NCBI GenBank assembly: GCA_951406725.2
Contig: OX597828.1
Coordinates: 14,570,001-14,634,000, forward strand
From: Octopus vulgaris
Lineage: Eukaryota
Direction of reading: 5' to 3'
DNA: 64,000 nucleotides
The position numbers were made by a program, and so were the translations under genes. Every line of letters begins with the position of its first letter. Position 1 is the stretch's first letter. A model generated the notes under the pieces. It saw only the letters and a list, made by a program, of their open reading frames with translations, did no database searches and was not told where the DNA came from. Of this stretch, positions 54,345 through 64,000 are shown piece by piece.

Positions 54345-54505
54345 GGCGCAGGAGTGGCTGTGTGGTAAGTAGCTTGCTAACCAACCACATGGTTCCGGGT
54401 TCAGTCCCACTGCGTGGCACCTTGGGCAAGTGTCTTCTGCTATAGCCCCGGGCCGACCAATGCCTTGTGAGTGGATTTGGTAGACGGACACTGAAAGAAG
54501 CCTGT

Positions 54506-54588
<83 letters not shown>

Positions 54589-54790
54589 TTGTGTTTGTCC
54601 CCCTAGCATTGCTTGACAACCGATGCTGGTGTGTTTACATCCCCGTCACTTAGCGGTTCGGCAAAAGAGATCGATAGAATAAGTACTGGGCTTACAAAGA
54701 ATAAGTACGGGGTCGATTTGCTCGACTAAAAAGGCGGTGCTCCAGCATGGCCGCAGTCAAATGACTGAAACAAGTAAAGAGTAAAGAGTA
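54345..54790 (+). mobile_element. SINE family A, full length
   Basis: Head, (TA)n(TG)n, tail. Confidence 0.92.
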
Positions 54791-55125
54791 ATATGTCTGA
54801 AAGAGCTGTTTCTATATCTTTCATAATTAGGAAGGCGAAATCCGCCATACCCTTGGCAAAGAAAAAAAATTAAGTATTTTATTCTTCTTCCGAAGAAAAT
54901 AAACAAACAGAAACGACCTAAAGAAAACAATGTGAAGAAAAGAGAAAGCAGAAGGGGAAATAGGTCTTCTGTGCAGAGGAGACACACCGCCGAGGAAGAC
55001 ACTCGCCACCTAGCAAAGCTGTTTATAACAAAATCTTTTTTCTTTGTGTCTGGAATATGCCCATGTTTGATTCGGGTGACAAGAGTGGGTAGCTTAAGTA
55101 TCTGCGCTTATATATTTTAACCCTA

Positions 55126-55355
55126 AGGCGGCGAGCTGGCAGAACCGTTAGCACGCCGAGTGAAATGCGTAGCCGTATTTCGTCTGCCGTTACGTTCTGA
55201 GTTCAAATTCCGCCGAGGTCGACTTTGCCTTTCATCCATTCGGGGTCGATAAATTAAGTACCAGTTACGCACTGGGGTCGATATAATCGACTTAATTCAT
55301 TTGTCTGTCCTTATTCGTCCCCTCTGTGTTTAGCCCCTTGTGGGTAATAAAGAAA
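55126..55355 (+). mobile_element. Young SINE B, solo
   Basis: 17-bp TSD atatattttaaccctaa. Confidence 0.93.
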
Positions 55356-55765
55356 CATATATATTTTAACCCTAACTTGTTTCTCTCTGCCTGAAACCAG
55401 GTTCGTTTCCCACCTTCTCTACGATGTATTGCACGAGATGGGGGTTGTTATTGGTTGATCTGCCGGAAATCGCTCAGACTTGTGTGTTTCTGGCTTCACC
55501 CTCTGCGATAAGCAGTCTTTCCTCTTGGAGCCATTAAACGATGTTTCATGGTTCTGCAACTCTTCTCTTAGTCGGAGCTGGAGCTCTGGGTCATGCAAAG
55601 ACCAGACATTGACGTCAGCTAGCTGGAATGACCATTAAACAATGTTCGATTGTAAAAATATATATATATATATATACCATAGCTTTACCACATGAAAACT
55701 GGTTTGGAGAGAAACAACAGCAGAAAAATAACAAACAACAGTGTATAATGCTTGATAGGAGCCAA

Positions 55766-56536
<771 letters not shown>

Positions 56537-57061
56537 TCTTACATTTTAGCATTTTACATTTTAGCGGAGGCAATTGATGATAATATCAACCACCGTTTTG
56601 CACTGGTGTTATTCAATCCACACCGGAACAATGAAATGCAAACTGCCTGAACTGCACAGACACCGCTTTGTATATGCAGCGGATATGCAGGGAAGTAGAG
56701 ATTAACTCCGTTGGGAATCTTATAACTAACGACTTAATTGTTCACAATATAAATAAAATATAATCTATAGAATAATAATAATAATATATAAACAAGACCG
56801 TAATAATATTTATCAAGATGTCCATTTGTAAAAAAAAAAAATTTACACAGAATTATAGAGAGTAGTGCAGAATAAAAGCAAACGCTGTTCTTTATCTTAG
56901 TTTTCAGCAAACTTACATAATGGCGGTGCCCCAGCATGGCCACAGCTCATGAGCTGAAACTAGAATCAATCAATCAATAGCTGTTAGATGTCATGAGTAT
57001 GCGTTGACTTAACCAGAAACATTCGAGTTTATTTCTTTTTCTCAACAAATCATACGTACAT

Positions 57062-57150
<89 letters not shown>

Positions 57151-57182
57151 AGTATGTATATGTATGTGTGTGTGTATATATA

Positions 57183-57400
57183 TAACGGGAAGCTTTATGA
57201 AAATAAACAAAAGACGAAGGCAGGTGGAGTACAAACAAACAATTGTATTAGTATGGCGCTCAGGAATATAAATAAAACAAGTCTTTTACGTTTCGAGCCT
57301 ATGCTCTTCAACAGAAAGATACACAGAAAAGAAACACGGAGAGAAACAAGGAGAGGAAAAAAATGCGTGCAGAAGCTAGCGATTCAACATGGCGATTCCA
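57183..57400 (-). mobile_element. PLE-like terminal repeat with minimal hammerhead (57282-57319)
   Basis: tcttt-CTGTTGA-a-gagc(atag)gctc-GAAACGTA-aaaga; A6 changed to U. Confidence 0.7.
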
Positions 57401-57415
57401 TATATATATATATAT

Positions 57416-57621
57416 TGTGATCGCGTGTGTAGCGCTTGGCGATTTTTTCCTCCGTCTCCCCTTCCTTGGATCTTTCCTTTTCCTATGTTTCTGACGAAGA
57501 GCTCCGCTCGAAACGTTAAATGCTTCTTTCTTTCCCTTCCTGAGCGTCCAATAACACTATACTTGTTCCACGTCCTCGCGTTGTTGTATTTTCTCTTTGT
57601 GTTTTCATGTTTGGATTAACT
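57416..57621 (+). mobile_element. PLE-like terminal repeat with minimal hammerhead (57487-57521)
   Basis: gttt-CTGACGA-a-gagc(tcc)gctc-GAAACGTT-aaat. Confidence 0.78.
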
Positions 57622-57629
57622 ATATATAT

Positions 57630-57654
57630 ATATATTATATAAAATCCGTTCTGT

Positions 57655-57723
<69 letters not shown>

Positions 57724-58018
57724 TTCTAGGATCTCGGGCATTCTCCATCCGATTACGTTCAAATTTGATATGTGGATACCAACGGTATCAGGGCGTGTAT
57801 AAATCTTGAAAAAATTACAAAAATCGATTCCAGGTGTGAATGCGATCGATAAAAGCATGGGAACGTGCATTTGTACGCGCAAGTACATACATCAGCTGTT
57901 GCGATCGATACTACGCGTACGCGAGAAAAATGCACGGTTGGACAAGTTGTTTTGAGAAAATTTGGTTTAAATGTTTGACAACTCAGCACCGTCCATTGGA
58001 CGGGGGGCGTTTTTCTCG
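57630..58018 (+). mobile_element. Non-autonomous Helitron-like element
   Basis: tatattatataaaa-type start, hairpin ccgtccattggacgg (57989-58003) 11 nt before a CTCG|T end. Confidence 0.6.
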
Positions 58019-58049
58019 TGTATGTGTATATATATATATATACATATGT

Positions 58050-58123
<74 letters not shown>

Positions 58124-58186
58124 ACGATGATGATGATGATGATGATGATGATTCTAAAATACAATACGTATATCTTTTTTTTATAC

Positions 58187-58270
58187 TCCTCTGAAGAGAT
58201 TTTACCTAATATAACGATTTTATTAATTAAACTTTAATCTAATAGGCCTAATTGAAACAATTGTAAAGGA
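58187..58270 (+). ncRNA. Type I hammerhead with long stem II
   Basis: tcct-CTGAAGA-gatt...aatt-GAAAC-AATT-GTA-aagga; palindromic stem III; bulged stem I. Confidence 0.6.
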
Positions 58271-58469
58271 CCATGTTTGATTTTTGCTGATGATAAATTT
58301 TTATTAAATGTTATATCTCCATTTTCTTACTTTCTTTGAGTTATATATAAACCTATTGTATTATGAATATTATTATTCACAACAAATATTAGGTATTGAA
58401 CCAGTAATTCATTGGATGATACCATCCCTTACTGAGGCTAATTTAATCTCTAATTGAATATATATACAT

Positions 58470-58540
<71 letters not shown>

Positions 58541-58581
58541 AAACAAACCAAGAAAATGGACATTTGGGAGTATTAAAATAG

Positions 58582-58819
58582 CCCTTATTCAAGGACCTTT
58601 TGAGCAGGATGGACTACTCAACCTGAAAAACTTTTAATTGGGCCCCACCTGCAAGGTCGTGTGCTATTTATCTTGATATAAGATTACCATGTCGCGCACA
58701 TGTGGTTGTGATGCATGTGCCAGGTGTACCTTTATCAGACGGGTAGTCATGGTGGGTATACTGGGCTTCGTATATTTTACCCCAGTGTCACTTTGATGGT
58801 ATGTACTGCTCTCTCACTC
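58582..58819 (+). mobile_element. Family E, 5'-truncated
   Basis: Retains the right end and (aat)n. Confidence 0.85.
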
Positions 58820-58872
<53 letters not shown>

Positions 58873-59585
58873 TGATGATGATGATGATGATTTCTTTATT
58901 GACCACAAAGGATTTACATTAAGACAAACATTATGGACAGAAGAAGAAGAAAGAAGAAGAAGAAGAAGAAGAAGAAGAAGAAGAAGAAGAAGAAGAAGAA
59001 GAAGAAGAAGAAGAAGAAGAAGAAGAAGAAGAAGAAGAAGAAGAAGAAGACCAACAGCAGCAGCAGCAATGACAACATAATTACAACTAGAAGACTAATT
59101 CGACGAGGGTGTCAGTATTTCAGTTGATCAACCGGCCGAAAGCCGTAACGAAATCTTTCTGCCTTTTTAAAGAGCACACCGGATAATGTATTCCTAGACA
59201 TACTGTGTTTGCCAAAGAAAAAAAAAAGATAGAAGTGATAGGTTAGTCAAGGTGGAGCTGCCATTTATCATGGGTTTGCTCAATCTGAGCTGACAAGGAG
59301 CAAAACAACAACAGCAGCAACAATAACAACAACCTCAGCAGCAGGTTTCGATTCCCAGACCGGGCGTTGTGTGTGTTTATTGAGCGAAAACACCTAAAAG
59401 CTCCACGAGGCTCCGGCAGGGGGTGGTGGCGACCCCACTTGTAGTTGCTGTTGCTCCTGCTAGAGTTGTTTTTGTTGTTTAATACAAGGGCAGTCTTAAT
59501 TGAGAACACCAAAGCCAATCGCAGGTCATTGCAGGCAAGCATATCATACATTTGCCATCACTACTCCGACATCATCAACTGCATT

Positions 59586-59947
59586 GGAGACGCAATGGCC
59601 CTATGGTTAGGACAGCGGACTCGCGGTCGGAAGATCGCGGTTTCGGTTCCCAGACCGGGCGTTGTGTGTGTTTATTGAGCGAAAACACCTAAAGCTCCAC
59701 GAGGCACCGGTAGGGGGGCGACCCCTGTTGTACTCTTTCGCCCCAACTTTCTCTCACTCTTTCTTCCTATTTCTTGTCCCCGACTTCCAACGCAACCGCT
59801 GAGCCTGGATGCGCATTCATCCATCCGTCGATGCTCTCGGCATCGGGGGATGACATGCTTTCTCTTCTGCGGGTCTTACGAATAGCAAAAGACCACGTTT
59901 CGGACTTCTCCCATCTTGCGAGTTCTGGGACGAAGACAGTTCGCTCA
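59586..59947 (+). mobile_element. SINE family C, tail type 5 (partial copy also at 59343-59445)
   Basis: Family C head and body, distinct tail ending in a CAA-rich tract. Confidence 0.85.
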
Positions 59948-60419
59948 ACAGCAACAGTTACAATAACAGCAGCACCAACGATGACAACAATAATGAGAAG
60001 AAATAACAAGAGCAACAACAACAGCAATAATGACAACAACAACGGCAACATCAATAGCTACAACAACGACGGCAACAAGAACAACAGCAACAACAACAAC
60101 AACAAAGACAACGGTTGATAACCAAAAAACAAAAAACAAAAGATGTCTGACTGTTCTCATTAACTGAAATAACCTTACATCTGGTAACAATTTTACTAAT
60201 TACTAAATTACGTAATAATGACTCCACCGCAATCAACATCACCACCCCGCCTCTCTTACGAATTTTAATGATGAAGTTATTGTTGTTGTTGTTGTTGTTG
60301 TTGTTGATCGAGCAAATAGCCTATAATCAAAAGCTTTCCAGCCGTGACCATCTTGTATTTTTTTCCCTATATTTTCCTATATTCTGGGAACCCTAGACTT
60401 CATTTTCTAATATAACATA

Positions 60420-60590
60420 GGAAGTTCGCTTTGCAACCATGCGGTTTCAGGTTCAATCCCACCACGTGATGCCTTGGACACGTGTCCAGGGCCGACCACT
60501 GCGTTGTGTCAGAAGGCATTGGTAGATGGAAACAGAAAGAAACCCGTCGTATACACACACACACACACACACACACTCACACACACACAA

Positions 60591-60622
<32 letters not shown>

Positions 60623-60661
60623 GTATATATATGTATATATATATATGTATATATATATGTG

Positions 60662-60715
<54 letters not shown>

Positions 60716-61100
60716 CACACACACATAAATTAGTATGTTTTGGGGAGGGGCATGTATTTATGTATATATATGAGTAAGTATATGTATGAGTATTAATCCC
60801 CGCAGATCGCTTAACAACCGGTACGGGTTTGTTTACACCCCCTCAAGTAAGCGATTTGACGATACAAACCACTAGAATAAGTATCAGACTTTAAAAATAA
60901 ATCTCGAACGCAGCTCCCAGGGCTGCATGCGGCCCTCAAGCATCCTTCTGGCGGCTCCCGACAATTGACTTGTGTTTTACACTTTTTGGTGCACGGCCCT
61001 AAAAACCCAGGTTTTTGGATCAATCCCGGATATTAAAATGTTTCAGAACCACAGATCTAAACCCTTCGAGGAGGTGCTCCAGCATGACCGCAGTCCAATG
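60420..61100 (+). mobile_element. Old SINE A with an insertion in its tail
   Basis: Degenerate head, microsatellite, tail split near 60905-61055. Confidence 0.65.
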
Positions 61101-61227
61101 ACTGAAACATCTAAAAGATGTTTTTAAAAAAGGATGGTAGAGAGCGATTTGATGGAGATTTGGTTACTATTTCTAGCAGGCCAAATGTCCGTGTAGAGGC
61201 TCCGTCGTTGGTTCACCGTAAATAGGG

Positions 61228-62300
61228 GTTTCAAATTTTGACATGAGGCCAGCAATTTTTACAGGGAGAGTGTTAGTCGATTACATCGACCCCAGTAGTT
61301 GACTGGTGCTTCATTTTTTTCGAACCCGAAAGGATGAAAGGCAAAGATGACCTCGGCGGGATTTGAACTCAGAACGTAAAGAGTCGAAAGAAATGCTGCT
61401 AAGCACTTTATCTGCCGGCTTACCGCTCATTGCAAATGATGGTTTCAAATTTTGGCACAAGTCCAACAAGTTCGGAGAAGGGTTTATGTCGGTTACATCG
61501 ACCCCAGAGCTTGACTGGTTCTTATTTAACCGACCCCGAAAGGATGAAAGGTAAAGTCGACCTCAGCGAAATTTGAACCCAGTACGTTATGACGAAAGAA
61601 ATGCCGCTAAGCATTTCGTCTCGCAAGTTAACAATTCTTTTCTTTTCTACTCTAAGCACAAGGCCCGCTAAGCATTTCACCCTGCGTGCTAACGTTTCTT
61701 ATTTCTTTATTGCCCACAAGGGGCTAAACATAGAGGGGACAAATAAGGACAGACAAAGGGATTAAGTCGATTACATCGATCCCTAGTGCGTAACTGGTAC
61801 TTAATTTATCGACCCCGAAAGGATGAAAGGCAAAGTCGACCACGGCAGAATTTGAACTCAGAACGTAAAGACGAAAGAAATACCTATTTCTTTACTACCC
61901 ACAAGGGGCTAAACACAGAGGGGACAAACAAGGACAGACAAACGGATTAAGTCGATTACATCGACCCCAGTGCGTAACTGGTACTTAATTTATCGACCCC
62001 AAAAGGATGAAAGGCAAAGTCGACCTCGGCGGAATTTGAGCTCAGAACGCAGCGGCAGACGAAATACCTATTTCTTTATTACCCACAAGGGGCTAAACAC
62101 AGAGGGGACAAACAAGGACAGACATAGGTATTAAGTCGATTACATCGACCCCAGTGAGTAACTGGTACTTAATTTATCGACCCCGAAAGGATGAAAGGCA
62201 AAGTCGACCTCGGCGGAATTTGAACTCACAACGTAACGCAGACGAAATACCGCTAAGCATTTCGCCCGGCGTGCTAACGTTTCTGCCAGCTCGCCGCCTT
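61228..62300 (-). mobile_element. SINE B cluster: old copies plus a tandem trimer of young units (61698-62300)
   Basis: Units joined at gaaatacc|tatttcttt. Confidence 0.9.
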
Positions 62301-64000
62301 GTTCACATTAAAGTAACGTTTACTTTAACTCTTTGAACTCCCCAGTATGCTTTAGCAGAGTAGTCATTTAACTATATTCCTGGAAAATACAAAATCGGGT
62401 GGCCACATGCAAGGGTCAATTTTGGCCATTGCTCAAGGAACGCCAAGCATTTAGAGCCCCTTTAACTCAGAGAAGCTAAAAACAGAGTTAAAAATCAAGA
62501 ATATATTTACATGAATCAAATAGATAATTTGTTATTTTTTTTACTTGTTTAAATGATTTTAAATCCAATATAATCCTTTTAAAATTACTGAACCCTCTTG
62601 GTTTATTGGGATCTTTTAAGTTTAAAAAGCCGTTAAATTTATTTGAGTCCCGCTTAATCTACTGAAGTTTTGGGGCCTCTCCAAGCTGTTTGGGACTCTT
62701 AGATTTAATGGGATCCTCTTTGTTTTCTTATTATGTTTTGAATTACCAATATCACAGGGGTCGCCAAAAGCTGTTGGCTTAGGGTCTAAATCCGGCCCTG
62801 ACCACATAGATTTGTGTGTACGATTTGTTAATGGCATAAACATTATTTTCAGCCGTAAACGCAAAACCATTGTCCGTCTATTTTTGTGTTTTCTTTGCGG
62901 GTAGTTAAACGAAATTGCACCCTGTAAAGCGTTCTCGCAGGCTGAAAGGGTGAATGAGGTTTAACTAAATTGGGTTGAAGCGCTTTGCTTTTTTGTTTCT
63001 TTGTTTGTTTTTGTAGTTTTACTTTAGTTTTTTTTTTTTCGTGATGTTTGTGCGCACCCGCGTAGTTCTGTGTTTGTTGGAATTTTAGATAAATCATTAT
63101 TATTGTTTATTCAAATATTGCTCTTGAAAACCAAAGTGTAACCTAACAGTATTTTCCTCATGACCGATCCTCATATGGCAGTGGAAACCGCTTACTGGGC
63201 TTACATTCGGACTGATACATTTTTAATTAGACCTCGGGGGTGGGAGGGAATGAAAGACAAAGTTGACTGCGGTGGGATTTGAACTCAGAACGTTAAGAAC
63301 CGTAACAAAAAGCGCAAAGCATTTTTTTCCGGCTTTCTAACGATTCTGAACATTAGTTACAGTTAGTATTACACTAACAATAGCAATGGTAACAATTAGC
63401 AACAATAACAACAATAACAACCACAATAATATCTGCAATAGCAACAACAACGATAACTACCACTACTACTACTAAAACTATTATTATCACTACAACTACT
63501 ACTAATACTAATACTACAACTACAATTGTAATAATAGCAGCGATTTTTACGGTGAGGTGACATGGAAATGAAATAGAGCTTTAACATTAACAGCAACAAC
63601 AATAATAACAATAAAATGACGTCAGCAACGATTTTTGAAAAACATAAAGAAAAGTGGAAATAGTTGTGAGTGCAGCAAAAGGTTAAGGTGTTGCTTAGTC
63701 CGACGTCACCTCTGACGAAGCAGACGAGCTACGATCAAAAGGCAGGCTTTTCAGGGATTTCCAGGGCTAGTTTATTAAATACGTCTTCCGCCATTTTTAA
63801 AAAGAAAAACTGGATGTAATGTGAGGCGCATTTGGTTGATATTTCTAGCAGATCGAACGACCAACAACAAGTTCTATTATTAGGTTCACAAAGAAGTTGA
63901 GCGGAGATTAAAAAATTGAGGTTAAAGGTTTGCGCAGAGGTTCTAAAAGGATTATATATATATGTGTATGTATGTATATATATATATATATATATATATA

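Noticed and set aside
62645-62800. Possible MITE ending taaatccggccctg
   Set aside because: Left TIR too decayed and no TSD found

Overview
AT-rich, microsatellite-saturated eukaryotic DNA with no confidently identifiable host gene. The tRNA-derived SINE families and the (TA)n/(TAA)n/(GATA)n density suggest an octopus-type cephalopod genome; this is inference, no database was searched. Almost all ORFs in the track are microsatellite or SINE artefacts. Real coding remnants are all from mobile elements: a mariner DNA-binding domain, a MULE transposase, a Penelope-like (PLE) RT-end/GIY-YIG, a Dong/R4 RLE endonuclease, and CR1- and RTE-type RT fragments. Non-coding mobile elements include three abundant SINE families (called A, B, C here), a TAA-targeting element (E), MITEs and two Helitrons. 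The main unexplained structure is a set of about ten type I hammerhead ribozyme motifs, found by eye on both strands in several unrelated sequence families. They lie in short non-coding PLE-like elements, mostly within (TA)n tracts, in tandem or inverted arrangement. One locus (6144-7237) has two identical, intact-looking hammerheads 492 nt apart, the layout expected of a retrozyme-like self-cleaving (possibly circular) RNA. All folds were assigned manually and none has been tested.
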